IMG/VR virus record: IMGVR_UViG_3300028186_000155
Source of the DNA: a virus
Taxonomy: Duplodnaviria; Caudoviricetes
Reading direction: 5' to 3' (one strand)
DNA length: 64,000 nucleotides
Shown: piece after piece, positions 1 through 9,651 of the stretch
Position numbering within the stretch: the first letter of the stretch is position 1
How the letters are laid out: each line of letters begins with the position of its first letter
Program-made: the position numbers and the translations under genes
Notes under the pieces: model-generated
The model's input: the letters and a program-made list of their open reading frames with translations, nothing else
Databases searched by the model: none
Told to the model about the DNA's origin: nothing

Positions 1-286
1 GCAGCGTTTGGTTGAACTCGTTGAGGCCCATTTTCGAATTACGAATCGACTCGGTGTATTCACGAATTTTCTTTTCGTGCGAGTTGAGGGCACGCACACA
101 ATCCGCAATGGTGGTCAGGCTAGAATAGCCGCGCTGGCCGTGTGGGGGCGCGCTCCAAATGGCGCAAACCTGTAGGTGCAGTTCGTGTTCGATTTCACGG
201 GCTTTCTTCACAAACAGCTGCGCTTCCTCAAGCGTGGTTGCGTGTGAAATTTCCCGCGTCTTTTTGCCACCTTCACAGTGCACCAT
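1..286 (-). CDS. hypothetical protein, truncated by window edge (MVHCEGGKKTREISHA...)
   Basis: ATG at 286 overlaps the stop of 286..507 (TAATG); frame stays open to the window edge. Confidence 0.6.
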   Translation of the reverse strand, partial: MVHCEGGKKTREISHATTLEEAQLFVKKAREIEHELHLQVCAIWSAPPHGQRGYSSLTTIADCVRALNSHEKKIREYTESIRNSKMGLNEFNQTL

Positions 287-507
287 TAGCAGGTCGCTCG
301 ATGTGATTTGATGTACGTCACTTCCTTGCAGCCGGGGCACACGTGACGATAGCGCTGGCCGATAGGAATCACCATGCCAGTTGGCGGTCGGTGGCTCTGG
401 TGGAAGCACGGTTGTTTCTGGCTGAATTCTGGATCAGGTTCGAAGCCCGAACCGTCCCGGTTTTCCTGCATGATCATGGCGGCGATCAGATCGTTATCTT
501 CTGTCAT
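286..507 (-). CDS. small Cys/His-rich hypothetical protein (possible Zn binding)
   Basis: CxHxxHxPP...HxCPxC pattern. Confidence 0.65.
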   Translation of the reverse strand: MTEDNDLIAAMIMQENRDGSGFEPDPEFSQKQPCFHQSHRPPTGMVIPIGQRYRHVCPGCKEVTYIKSHRATC

Positions 508-521
508 TTTTCATTGTTCCT

Positions 522-1028
522 TTACGATTCCCAAATGTCAGCCGGGGCAATGTCACCACCGGTAAACATGCAGGTCATGAGAGCCGGAATCTGCGCATAC
601 AGCTTTGGATTCATTTGATCAAAATGTACGCAATGCAAAACGCGCAATTTCTCGTAGGCCATACGGGCCGCCCCGTTCTGTGCCACGTTAAACTGCTCAA
701 CAGCATCACTTGGAATGCACACAGAAAACCAACCTTTTTCGAACATTTCATGCGTCTTGCGCACAAGGTTGGCCAGTGCCTGTTGCTGCCACGGACTATC
801 TGGATTTTCAGGCTCAGGGAAAACGATTTCTTCGACCGGCGATTTCTTACGGTAGGTCTTCAGTGTGAAATCTTTTGCCTTGCGTTCGCGGTAGCCGTAA
901 TTGGAATCAACGCTAGCTGAAACCTCTTTGCTATTCGACAGTTTGGTACGTTCCGCAATGTCAGCCTCGGCCTCTGCGCCGTCCTTGCCAACACGACGAA
1001 ACGAAACTTCTACGCCACAAAATTTCAT
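522..1028 (-). CDS. hypothetical protein
   Basis: 168-aa ORF; ATGA coupling with upstream gene. Confidence 0.75.
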   Translation of the reverse strand: MKFCGVEVSFRRVGKDGAEAEADIAERTKLSNSKEVSASVDSNYGYRERKAKDFTLKTYRKKSPVEEIVFPEPENPDSPWQQQALANLVRKTHEMFEKGWFSVCIPSDAVEQFNVAQNGAARMAYEKLRVLHCVHFDQMNPKLYAQIPALMTCMFTGGDIAPADIWES

Positions 1029-1384
1029 TCGCCCAGTACCTCCGAAAGAATGACAGACATGTCGAGTTTGTTTTCCATGGCGATGCCAATGGCTTGACTG
1101 AATTTCTCTTCGTCAGTCATTTTGTCGATTGGCTTTTCCGGGTTCTTGTATTTCTCGATTTGACGCTCGAAATATTTGATTTCCCGGTCGATGGCGCGGA
1201 TGTGCTCCAGAACCGATTTGATGGTCAGGCCCTTGGGCTGGATCGGCGCGGTGTTAACTTGCTCGCCGGTCGGCACGCTATAACGCAGATTGTTGAACTC
1301 GATTCTGCGTTCCTGTTTACGCTGTTCCAGCCGCTGGTAAACGTTGTGCAGAATGGCGATGTGCTGCTGTACGGTCAGGCTCAT
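1025..1384 (-). CDS. hypothetical coiled-coil protein
   Basis: start moved to MSLTVQQH (ATGA overlap, GGAG upstream). Confidence 0.7.
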   Translation of the reverse strand: MSLTVQQHIAILHNVYQRLEQRKQERRIEFNNLRYSVPTGEQVNTAPIQPKGLTIKSVLEHIRAIDREIKYFERQIEKYKNPEKPIDKMTDEEKFSQAIGIAMENKLDMSVILSEVLGE

Positions 1385-1950
1385 TGGGATTTCTCCACGA
1401 CGATTGTTTCCTCGATTTCGCACGGCACACACGTCATCCACGTGCCATAGATCAGCGAGGGTTTGAGGCCCAGTGCACCGGCCATTGTCTGGCCCAGCGA
1501 CATTGCCACGTCAAACGAAACACGGTCGCGAATAATCGAACGGCTCAGCCACTCACCGTCCTCGGTTTCCGTGTCGTGGTAGACGCTATAGAGCGCGTCT
1601 TTATCCGCGAATTCTAAGGCGTGCTCTTCGATGTAACCGTTCAGGTCAAATTCGGCAGCAATTTTCGCCACGATGTGGATTGGATTGGCACGTGCTCGGG
1701 TTTCGAGTTCGTCTTGCTGGGACAACTGGAAATGGGTAATCTTGCGGCGCATTTCCAGAATGTCTTCGCGGATCGTGAGGATGGCACGAATCGCCGCCTT
1801 CGAATCCGGGTGGTTGCCCACACGCAGCGCGATTGGATCGGGCTTGCCTCGGATCATCATCGAATATTGATCTACCAATTCTTTCAGCTGGATACCCAGC
1901 GCAGAATACAGCTGGTTGAGACGGGAAATACTCAGATTAGGTTCCGACAT
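1381..1950 (-). CDS. hypothetical protein
   Basis: 189-aa ORF in operon; AGGA upstream. Confidence 0.75.
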   Translation of the reverse strand: MSEPNLSISRLNQLYSALGIQLKELVDQYSMMIRGKPDPIALRVGNHPDSKAAIRAILTIREDILEMRRKITHFQLSQQDELETRARANPIHIVAKIAAEFDLNGYIEEHALEFADKDALYSVYHDTETEDGEWLSRSIIRDRVSFDVAMSLGQTMAGALGLKPSLIYGTWMTCVPCEIEETIVVEKSQ

Positions 1951-2248
1951 TTTTCAGTCCTTTGCGCATTTTTTCAGCGCGTCGTTTTTGCCCTTCCCGG
2001 TCGCGGATGCTTTGATTCGGGGCAGGCCAGATAACAGGCAGGTGACGCACCAGATTGAAAAACTTCCGGTGCTCGATTTCCAACACGTCAGCCACGTGAG
2101 TGCGACTGTAGCCCTGTGATGCCAGTTCGCGACAACGCAATACCAAACACCCGACTACACCGCACTGGCAAACGTCTATCGCCCCCGTTTTTGGGTTCGG
2201 GCCGTGGCCTTCGGTTTGAAACGATAGTTGGTTTTGTAAATTGACCAT
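1937..2248 (-). CDS. hypothetical protein, possible HTH
   Basis: GYSRTHVADVLEI resembles an HTH; start uncertain. Confidence 0.5.
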   Translation of the reverse strand: MVNLQNQLSFQTEGHGPNPKTGAIDVCQCGVVGCLVLRCRELASQGYSRTHVADVLEIEHRKFFNLVRHLPVIWPAPNQSIRDREGQKRRAEKMRKGLKNVGT

Positions 2249-2306
2249 ACGGTTACACCCAAAGGCAGACAGTGCATGAAAAGGAGAAACAATGCAAACA
2301 GGTGAA

Positions 2307-2597
2307 TCATTCGGTGGTATCCACGCAGGTGTAAGTAACGGCAAAGCCGTTGATCAGGCTTTCTTTGACGACGGTTACTGCATCTTTTTTGGAGTCGCTA
2401 CGGCGCGTAATTTTCACGTCGTCTTTGCCGTCCATATAGGCAAAGCCCTGCGTCTCGAAATAGCGGTCGCGCACCCGTACACACGTGGCTTGATCGGGGA
2501 ATGGTTGCATGCCCTGTGCAACACTAGGCACACCCACATTGAGCGGCGCCTTGAAGCTAACCAGCGTGAAGAGAATTGCGCCTGCCCAATTATCCAT
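2307..2597 (-). CDS. hypothetical protein
   Basis: ORF in operon, start at MDNW. Confidence 0.55.
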   Translation of the reverse strand: MDNWAGAILFTLVSFKAPLNVGVPSVAQGMQPFPDQATCVRVRDRYFETQGFAYMDGKDDVKITRRSDSKKDAVTVVKESLINGFAVTYTCVDTTE

Positions 2598-2847
2598 TTT
2601 CCGAAACCACCAGATCCACAGTGTATCCAAGGTTAGCGGCGAACATCACCAGCCGGGCGAACGGAATGTTGCCCTTGCCGCTAACCACCGAGTAAAGGTC
2701 GATCTTCGAAATGTCGTACAGCTTCTGGATTTCCGGTGCCTGCAAACCGAGTGTCATCAGCTTGGCTTGGCATGCAGAAATCAGCTGCGCCTGCATTTCT
2801 TGCACCGCGATGCGGCCACGGTCCAGATCAACTTTTTGCTTTGCCAT
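2590..2847 (-). CDS. XRE-family HTH DNA-binding protein
   Basis: ...LYSVVSGKGNIPFARLVMFAANLGYTVDLVV resembles the C-terminus of XRE/HigA-type HTH proteins; AAGGA upstream of MAKQ. Confidence 0.6.
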   Translation of the reverse strand: MAKQKVDLDRGRIAVQEMQAQLISACQAKLMTLGLQAPEIQKLYDISKIDLYSVVSGKGNIPFARLVMFAANLGYTVDLVVSENG

Positions 2848-3208
2848 ATTGAATTCCTTGAAGTTCCTGTAAGAGACGTATGTGGACGGTTTCGAGTCGT
2901 TCGCCACATATATCGTTTACAGTTTTCAGGAAGTCTTGCAATTCATCCAGTACCGTGAGGATTTCCACCGACAGGTCGGACCAGCGTTGATTGCCGCCCA
3001 GCGTCAATTCCAATTCAGGCCTACGTGTTAGGCCGGGGATAGAATGGCGCACGTGAGTTTCGTCAACATCGATTTGAGAAACGGCGAAACTTTCACGCGA
3101 TACGTGCACCTTGTGGCGCAGAACGGCAACGCGGCGGAACAGTTCCTGTGCGTAGGCCTGCCGTTCCATTGGCATCATGTCCTCGATTTCTTTCCGGCTG
3201 TATCTCAC
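2828..3208 (-). CDS. hypothetical protein
   Basis: ORF in operon, GTGA coupling. Confidence 0.7.
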   Translation of the reverse strand: MRYSRKEIEDMMPMERQAYAQELFRRVAVLRHKVHVSRESFAVSQIDVDETHVRHSIPGLTRRPELELTLGGNQRWSDLSVEILTVLDELQDFLKTVNDICGERLETVHIRLLQELQGIQYGKAKS

Positions 3209-3648
3209 TGGTCAGACTCCCCCAGTTGCTGCCAGAACCAGCGCGCAGGTTTTTCTGCATCGTCCACGTTGTACACGCGCCAATTCATGTTAAGCAGACC
3301 AATCGGCGTGCCCGGCTCAACATCTTGGAAATCTACGCTGGCGCGGAACAGGAAACGCGGTGCCGAACCATCCTTCGGATAGCCCTCAATACGGAACAGG
3401 TTGGAAACTTTCACGTGAACGGTGTAGGCCAGTTCGTGATAGTTTTCCGTAACGGTTTTGTAGAAACGTTTGCGCAGCCAGAAGTCGTATTCACCATCTT
3501 CCAGACGCGCTAGGTCTTCGGGGTGGACGCGGACCCACTCGTAACCGTTGTTCACGAACTCGGCAAAGATTTCATTTTTTCCGAGAGCGTTTGGAAGATC
3601 GAACACGTCGTCCAGACTTAGCGGCTTGTGGTGGTTTTTTCTCAGCAT
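3205..3648 (-). CDS. hypothetical protein
   Basis: 147-aa ORF, GAGG upstream. Confidence 0.7.
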   Translation of the reverse strand: MLRKNHHKPLSLDDVFDLPNALGKNEIFAEFVNNGYEWVRVHPEDLARLEDGEYDFWLRKRFYKTVTENYHELAYTVHVKVSNLFRIEGYPKDGSAPRFLFRASVDFQDVEPGTPIGLLNMNWRVYNVDDAEKPARWFWQQLGESDQ

Positions 3649-4126
3649 ATTGTTTCAGCCTCGTTTCTTGTACGATAAGTTCAACAAATCTTACGGGTTC
3701 GCGGTGGTACATAATGAGGTCCATGATTTCGGCCCCACTTGCGAACACTTTCGACACGCCATCCAGAGGATCAATTGCTTCAGAACGCACAGACTCAACA
3801 CGGCGCAGCATACGCCACGCAGCCTTACGCACGGCCAATGCAGTTCCGTGAATTTTTGCAGCCAACCCCACAACCAAAATGGCGTGGTGTGTATCAACCG
3901 GCGCCGGGTCAGGCTTTTTCGGATGCACCACAAAATGCACGTGGTAGCCAATCGACTTGCGCGGGAACGGAATGCGCTTCACAGGCATAGGCCGATAGGT
4001 CAGGTCTTCGTCAATTTCGAACCAGACGAAAAAACCTGTTGGGTAATACGGGATGTACGGGACGACAACAGGTGGAAAATCAGTAATGCTCTTCGGTTCC
4101 GGTTCCAGCAGTGCTTGCGCGTTCAT
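3572..4126 (-). CDS. hypothetical protein
   Basis: start moved to MNAQALL; overlaps both neighbours. Confidence 0.6.
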   Translation of the reverse strand: MNAQALLEPEPKSITDFPPVVVPYIPYYPTGFFVWFEIDEDLTYRPMPVKRIPFPRKSIGYHVHFVVHPKKPDPAPVDTHHAILVVGLAAKIHGTALAVRKAAWRMLRRVESVRSEAIDPLDGVSKVFASGAEIMDLIMYHREPVRFVELIVQETRLKQYAEKKPPQAAKSGRRVRSSKRSRKK

Positions 4127-4400
4127 CCAACAAATCCCACAACGGTTTAAAATCGGTATCTTGTTGCGCGGTTCGCGCTTGGTCCAGCGCTGCGCGTACA
4201 TTCGGGTCTAGCCCGTCTTTGCCTAGCCATTTGAACAACGCAACTTCCAGCCGGTGCAGCCCATTGGCCTTACGGCAGAAAGCATCATTCATGTCTTGAA
4301 TTTGCTGCTTCTGGTGTGATGCGTAATGCTTGTCACCCGTAGCATTTGAACGGTCGCCATTCGAGCGTTTCTTTTTCGGTCGGTCGTCTGTGTTGTCCAT
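4080..4400 (-). CDS. hypothetical protein
   Basis: AAGGA SD upstream. Confidence 0.7.
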   Translation of the reverse strand: MDNTDDRPKKKRSNGDRSNATGDKHYASHQKQQIQDMNDAFCRKANGLHRLEVALFKWLGKDGLDPNVRAALDQARTAQQDTDFKPLWDLLDERASTAGTGTEEHY

Positions 4401-4409
4401 AACAGTCCT

Positions 4410-4793
4410 TTACAGAAATTGAATATCAAACACGAATTCGTCGTGTGCTCGCCATTCATCCGCTACGGCGTAGAGGCTGGGCAGCATAGCTTCCTTTTTG
4501 AAAATATCAGGAACCCAAGCCAGAAATGCCCGGCTCACCTCATGCCCATTTGGAATCGGTTTAGCCACAATGAACAGTACGTTATTTTGGTAGCCACACG
4601 CCTGCTTGCTGTATGGCTCTAATTTCACCAACGAATCATCGCGCACCAGTTTCAGTTTCGACACTTGGCTAGGGGTTAGCAGGTCGCGCCCCTTTAGCCA
4701 ATCCAAGGAATCGCGTAGGCTTTTGCGTGTAGTTTTCCACGCCAAATATTCAGCGGCATCCATTTGTTGCCCGTAGGAAATTCCGTTGCGCAT
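4410..4793 (-). CDS. hypothetical protein
   Basis: GAGG SD upstream. Confidence 0.75.
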   Translation of the reverse strand: MRNGISYGQQMDAAEYLAWKTTRKSLRDSLDWLKGRDLLTPSQVSKLKLVRDDSLVKLEPYSKQACGYQNNVLFIVAKPIPNGHEVSRAFLAWVPDIFKKEAMLPSLYAVADEWRAHDEFVFDIQFL

Positions 4794-4799
4794 AAGGCC

Positions 4800-5216
4800 T
4801 CACGATTCCCATTGTTGAATGGCATTCAACGGATGACTCATGCGCCCTTTGAACACCGGCATATTCAGCGTGACCAGCGCGTTAACTTGACGTTTGGTTT
4901 CCACCTGATCGCAGCAGCCGGAATGTTTGGACTCGACCAGACCGTCCACAGTTTCGCTGTAGACAAACCGGGCGCTTTCACGCCAGATTCCGGGCACCAT
5001 CAAATGCATTTTGTCACCTAGCGGATCATGCAGGGCTTTCTTGCGTTCGCAGCGCAGCAGCCAGAAGGTTTCGCCGTCGATTTGGTGGCTGATCAGGAAG
5101 GCGGCGATATCATCATCGCTGTATTGCAGGCCGAATTGTTTCACGCAGTTATCAAACGCTTCTTTATGGCTGAAACCCAAAACCAAACGACCGTAACCTG
5201 CTTGAACTTCACTCAT
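4800..5216 (-). CDS. hypothetical protein
   Basis: ATGA coupling. Confidence 0.75.
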   Translation of the reverse strand: MSEVQAGYGRLVLGFSHKEAFDNCVKQFGLQYSDDDIAAFLISHQIDGETFWLLRCERKKALHDPLGDKMHLMVPGIWRESARFVYSETVDGLVESKHSGCCDQVETKRQVNALVTLNMPVFKGRMSHPLNAIQQWES

Positions 5217-5815
5217 GCTTGTTGCTCCTGTTGTTGGTCCAAAGTGTGCAGCAAACCAGCCGCTTTCAGCTTACGAATTTCGCTCAGCGATTTACCATAT
5301 TTCGCGGCCAGTTCTTTCACTGTACCTTCGGGCGCTGGTTTGTGCTGGCTCAGGAATTGCTCGCGCTGTTCAGCCTTCTTTTGTTCAGCACGTTTCTGAT
5401 CGGCTCGCAGGCTTTCACGCCAGTCTTGCATACCGAGCACTGTAGGCTTGTTCGGCACGCGCATAAGCTGGCCGATTTGTTCCATGGTGGCTTGGTCTAT
5501 GAAAGGCAAAATTGCCTCGACTTGTTTGGTCACAGCTTCCTGCGCCCAATCCTTCGCTTCGTTGAGCAAAGACGTGGCCAGATCACCGAAAATAAACCCA
5601 GCGTCTTCCAGCGAATTCAGATCAACATGGCGCTCATGGATCGAATGGAAAAAGCACATACGCACTTCCAGATCAGCTAGGCCGGTCAGCAGGTCACGCG
5701 CATATTTGAATTTCTTTTCGTATGAATCCAGATACAGCATGTAACCGATGCGGGTGCGCTGCTCGATTGGGTAGTCTGCGAAAGGGCTACGGGTTTGTTC
5801 TTGATGTTGCATCAC
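5213..5815 (-). CDS. hypothetical protein with C-terminal HTH-like segment
   Basis: TVKELAAKYGKSLSEIRKLKAAG. Confidence 0.7.
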   Translation of the reverse strand: MMQHQEQTRSPFADYPIEQRTRIGYMLYLDSYEKKFKYARDLLTGLADLEVRMCFFHSIHERHVDLNSLEDAGFIFGDLATSLLNEAKDWAQEAVTKQVEAILPFIDQATMEQIGQLMRVPNKPTVLGMQDWRESLRADQKRAEQKKAEQREQFLSQHKPAPEGTVKELAAKYGKSLSEIRKLKAAGLLHTLDQQQEQQA

Positions 5816-5824
5816 AACTTCCTT

Positions 5825-6577
5825 TTATTTAACTCGTTTGGTTCCAGACTTTTTCTTAGTCTTAGTCTTGGAGAATTCACGCTCCACCTCAGCCAACATT
5901 TCCAGCCAGTCCAAGGTGCTCACCCATTCCTGCCCTTGTTCGTCACCGAAACGAATGTGGCTCACGCTGCGTTCCAGAATGGCGGCGCAAATGTTGTGGG
6001 CCGCGCTCACGTACAGCTGTTGCACATCGATAGTAGGCAGTGGCGAGCGCAGTGGGCTTTCGCCTTCTGGACTTTTGATCCAAATCGGCTGCTGTTGCAG
6101 GAAATCTACGTTGTCACCTTCGATTTCCACATGTACAGGGAAACCGCCGAAAATACGTTCCAATGCAGCCTTTGCCATTTGACCGGTCAACGCGGGCAAA
6201 TCTGGTTCTTTGTCAGGATCGACAATGGCATGCAACGTCAGTTCTACCCAGCGATCATCGAAGTCACGCTTGATTTCGGCTTTCAGCGTCAAATCGATAA
6301 CGCTACGCTCGGTGCGTACCTCGTTGAGGTTGACCATCAGGCCCCCGATTTTATCCGCCAGAACTTCACGGAAAATTTCTTCGGGTTTTGCCGAACGCAT
6401 CAGCCCTTCGATCAGGTTGTGTCCGTTGGCATTGCGAATCGGCAACGACACTACGCCTTCGAGGCCGTCGAGGAAATGTTCAACACCGATTTCAACCGAA
6501 CGGACCTTGATCGATTTCGGCTCGGACTTTTTCACTTTCTCTTTGTAAGACTTTGCGGCTTTGACTGTGCTGGGCAT
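5825..6577 (-). CDS. hypothetical protein
   Basis: 250-aa ORF, TAATG coupling. Confidence 0.75.
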   Translation of the reverse strand: MPSTVKAAKSYKEKVKKSEPKSIKVRSVEIGVEHFLDGLEGVVSLPIRNANGHNLIEGLMRSAKPEEIFREVLADKIGGLMVNLNEVRTERSVIDLTLKAEIKRDFDDRWVELTLHAIVDPDKEPDLPALTGQMAKAALERIFGGFPVHVEIEGDNVDFLQQQPIWIKSPEGESPLRSPLPTIDVQQLYVSAAHNICAAILERSVSHIRFGDEQGQEWVSTLDWLEMLAEVEREFSKTKTKKKSGTKRVK

Positions 6578-6840
6578 TACACGTTTCCTGTGTTGTAGTT
6601 GAGGACCAGCAGGGCAGTGCAGGCGATGGATACGGCAACCGTGATCACGCGCACCACCGCCCGATGAATTCGGCTCTGTCGCTGCTTGTCAGCGTATGAA
6701 AGGGACAGAGACGCTACGATAAACACAATCATCAGGCCGAGCACAACTTGCGAAGTATTCAGCCCAATTTGTTCGTGCAAGATTTTGTCAGTGTGGGCCG
6801 ATGTTGTGATACCCACGTGACTGGAATTCGTTTGTGTCAT
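6577..6840 (-). CDS. small membrane protein (2 TM)
   Basis: two hydrophobic stretches. Confidence 0.65.
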   Translation of the reverse strand: MTQTNSSHVGITTSAHTDKILHEQIGLNTSQVVLGLMIVFIVASLSLSYADKQRQSRIHRAVVRVITVAVSIACTALLVLNYNTGNV

Positions 6841-6843
6841 TTC

Positions 6844-8034
6844 TTACTTAACCCCGACCCATTCTTTCAGTTTTGCATCCCACATTTTGGTGTTCTTTGG
6901 CGACATGATAATCGCCTTCCCTTGTTGGTAGACGCACCAGCCGCCTTTGGAGAAGTTGATAATCCACGGGCTGGTGCTCGATTCACGAACGTAAAGTTTC
7001 CGTACTCGCATAACCTGTTTCTCGATGCAGATGTTTTGACGTTGAATTTCAACCGCACCGGTCTTCAGACGTGTGAGGATTTGCACAAGGTAGCAACCCT
7101 CCGTCATCCGCACCGATGGCAGTTCACCCGGTTTATAGCGACGATAGTCTGCGACCACAACACGCGATTCGGATGCACCTGCGTGAATGCTTTCGCTATT
7201 GTCTAGGTTTGCGTACAGCGGGTGATCCCCGTAATTTGTCCGCAAAAATCCAACGTTTACCGGCGTCCGATCAAACAGGCCGGTGAAATAAACTCCGTAC
7301 TCGGAAGCAATCTGGTTAGCGCTGCGGAAAAAGCCGGTGTAAGCGTTGTTTGCCGCCGCGTTCACGTCCGGTAAATCCGGCCCGTGGTCCGTGATCAGAA
7401 TTACGCCGCTTCCTGCTTCGCGATAGGCCACCATTGCAGCCACAGCCGCATCGGTGAAACGCCCGGTTGGTGTGCCGTAGTCCGAGGACATGACCAGCAC
7501 CGCGCAGTAGCTTTCCAATTCGGACAATGTGGGATTTAACACATCCCCATAATCCGAACGATCCTTGAACGTCGGCACATAGCCAGCGATGGCGAACAGG
7601 CGCGTAAACGACGTGCGGAAGCTGGTTGATTCGCTGCCCTTCACGCTGTAGTTCTGGCCTTCGACCTGATCGCCAAGGATCAACACCTTGTTATTGCCTG
7701 CCGCCTTTTTCGTTTGGTTGGCCACGAAATTGAGGGCGTTGTAGAGATATTTGTAGGCGCCGGTTAGTCCAGCAAACACCGTGCCTTCGGCTGGCGCCCC
7801 GACGTTGTAAAACTTCGGAAAGCCGCCGTCATAAACCACGTTGCCCCGGCCATCCTGCGTGACAGCAATGAACGGGTTTGGTGGGTTCAGCGTGTCATAC
7901 GCCACATATTCAGAATATGTCGGCATAAGGCCGTTGACTGTGAACATGACGAAATCAACTTGTGGCGTCGTATTCCATTCGACCAGCAGCGGTTCGCCGT
8001 AAGTGCCTGCGGGATACGTGAGGCTTACTTGCAT
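6844..8034 (-). CDS. hypothetical protein, possibly virion-associated, alpha/beta domain
   Basis: 396 aa; YDGGFPKFYN and GSGVILITDHG motifs, which I recall from large myovirus proteins (unverified). Confidence 0.6.
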   Translation of the reverse strand: MQVSLTYPAGTYGEPLLVEWNTTPQVDFVMFTVNGLMPTYSEYVAYDTLNPPNPFIAVTQDGRGNVVYDGGFPKFYNVGAPAEGTVFAGLTGAYKYLYNALNFVANQTKKAAGNNKVLILGDQVEGQNYSVKGSESTSFRTSFTRLFAIAGYVPTFKDRSDYGDVLNPTLSELESYCAVLVMSSDYGTPTGRFTDAAVAAMVAYREAGSGVILITDHGPDLPDVNAAANNAYTGFFRSANQIASEYGVYFTGLFDRTPVNVGFLRTNYGDHPLYANLDNSESIHAGASESRVVVADYRRYKPGELPSVRMTEGCYLVQILTRLKTGAVEIQRQNICIEKQVMRVRKLYVRESSTSPWIINFSKGGWCVYQQGKAIIMSPKNTKMWDAKLKEWVGVK

Positions 8035-8052
8035 TTTAAAACCTTTTGAATT

Positions 8053-8361
8053 TTATGGAACGTAATCTGCCTCCCATAGATCGAGTTCGCGCATAACGTC
8101 GCCCCACTGCGGGTTGAAATTTCCCTTGGGCAACACGCACGATTCGAACACGTGGCAGAGTTCGATAATGTTGGTGACGACTCGCGTCAAATCGTAACGG
8201 GTTTCTACGGCCAGCGAACCACCTTCGAGCGCATAGGCCGTCATGGTTTCCTTGGCCCCTGAATGCAGGTCATACAGGAAAACATTGCGGTTGCGGTCGT
8301 AGTGGATTTCTACGTCAACGCCGAGCCGGATAAGGCGTTCAATCAGAGGATGGATTTTCAT
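8053..8361 (-). CDS. hypothetical protein
   Basis: AAGGA SD. Confidence 0.7.
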   Translation of the reverse strand: MKIHPLIERLIRLGVDVEIHYDRNRNVFLYDLHSGAKETMTAYALEGGSLAVETRYDLTRVVTNIIELCHVFESCVLPKGNFNPQWGDVMRELDLWEADYVP

Positions 8362-8803
8362 CGCTGCTTCCTTCTGGTTTACAGTTTTCTTCAGTGCGGC
8401 GAATCCGCGTAATTATCGGAGTGATTCGCTCGCGTTGTTGCGCACGCCGCTTGTGGACCGTTGACAGAATAATTTCCTCTGACAATTTTAGGTGCCAGTC
8501 AGTGCAAGGCCAGCGGTCATGGTCCGCGTGATCGTTGCGGGGTACGCCGTATTGGTTGATTGTGCCGGAATGGCGGCCCTTATCGTCAAAGGCGCGCCAG
8601 CGGATGTTTTCCGGGGGAATGTGCCCCAGTGCCACGGCCAGTCGGAACGCGTCAAACGCCAGCGTGTTCGACAAGTGGATTTTGGCCTCGGTGTCGGGTC
8701 CGTAGTAGCGAGCAGGCAAAGAAATCGCCTCGGAATCCGAAAGTGCGTAGGCCCCGTGTTCCAGATCGGGGGAGCCGGGTAGGTGTAGATACAGAGTGAT
8801 CAC
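8339..8803 (-). CDS. hypothetical protein
   Basis: GGAG SD, GTG start. Confidence 0.7.
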   Translation of the reverse strand: MITLYLHLPGSPDLEHGAYALSDSEAISLPARYYGPDTEAKIHLSNTLAFDAFRLAVALGHIPPENIRWRAFDDKGRHSGTINQYGVPRNDHADHDRWPCTDWHLKLSEEIILSTVHKRRAQQRERITPIITRIRRTEENCKPEGSSDENPSSD

Positions 8804-8963
8804 GATTCAGTAACTCCACGTTTAGGAAATGTTCGGCTTGGCCAAGTTCCTCAAAGAAACGGCGGTTGCAGACCACGCCATACTGGATTTGGTCAATTGT
8901 GAATTTGCGACTGGTTTTCGTAACGTATTCACTGACCCGGATGTTTTTCAGATCGTCACTCAC
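8652..8963 (-). CDS. hypothetical protein
   Basis: GTG start overlapping upstream stop (GTGA); 3' end overlaps the next gene by ~150 nt. Confidence 0.45.
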   Translation of the reverse strand: MSDDLKNIRVSEYVTKTSRKFTIDQIQYGVVCNRRFFEELGQAEHFLNVELLNRDHSVSTPTRLPRSGTRGLRTFGFRGDFFACSLLRTRHRGQNPLVEHAGV

Positions 8964-9370
8964 GAATATTTCGTGGACATACTCAGACGGCCCGATACGG
9001 TAAGCAGTGTGCCGGGCTTCACGTGCTTGATCAAACTGATGCACGACCCGAGCACGTTGCAGAAATTGCGAACGGTATTTTCGTTGCCACGGCCAGAGCC
9101 ATCGTAGCTCTTTTTTATTTGGCGTTTCTGCACTTGTTGCAGCATGCACAGTAGTGACTCCTTTTCATGTGCTGGGTAACTTTTTTCGAGGCCTGTATTC
9201 AAATTACGGAGAACGGTACTGTCACGATATTCAATGACAATGTACTGGATTTTTCTGTGACCATCACGCGGCTCGAAGCGGAACTCTTGAGTACCCGCGT
9301 GACGGGTGCGCAGAACGCGGTGATGCGGTAGGGCGTGTTTCAGATCGTTGAAGATTTTCGAGTAGAGCAC
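8960..9370 (-). CDS. hypothetical protein
   Basis: 136-aa ORF. Confidence 0.6.
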   Translation of the reverse strand: MLYSKIFNDLKHALPHHRVLRTRHAGTQEFRFEPRDGHRKIQYIVIEYRDSTVLRNLNTGLEKSYPAHEKESLLCMLQQVQKRQIKKSYDGSGRGNENTVRNFCNVLGSCISLIKHVKPGTLLTVSGRLSMSTKYS

Positions 9371-9395
9371 AGGTGAATTCCCTTTCCAGTTTCCG

Positions 9396-9641
9396 TCAAA
9401 TGCGGGTTACATGAATGCTGATAATGTCGTCGGGGTTAATGTGGTCTTCACCCTCGGTGGTCATGTGCTCATACAGCGTTTCGCCCGCCATGCGCAGCAC
9501 TTCGTTAATCGGGTGCGGTATGTAGGTGCCTGCTGCATCATGCGACGGATAGGTGCGAGCCAGTTCGGTATCTTTGCAGCCACCTTTTACGGCTTGCACG
9601 CACACCACGCGGAAATGCGGTTCACGTCGTTCATTGGTCAT
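9396..9641 (-). CDS. hypothetical protein
   Basis: GAGGA SD. Confidence 0.7.
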   Translation of the reverse strand: MTNERREPHFRVVCVQAVKGGCKDTELARTYPSHDAAGTYIPHPINEVLRMAGETLYEHMTTEGEDHINPDDIISIHVTRI

Positions 9642-9651
9642 GGATTTTTCC

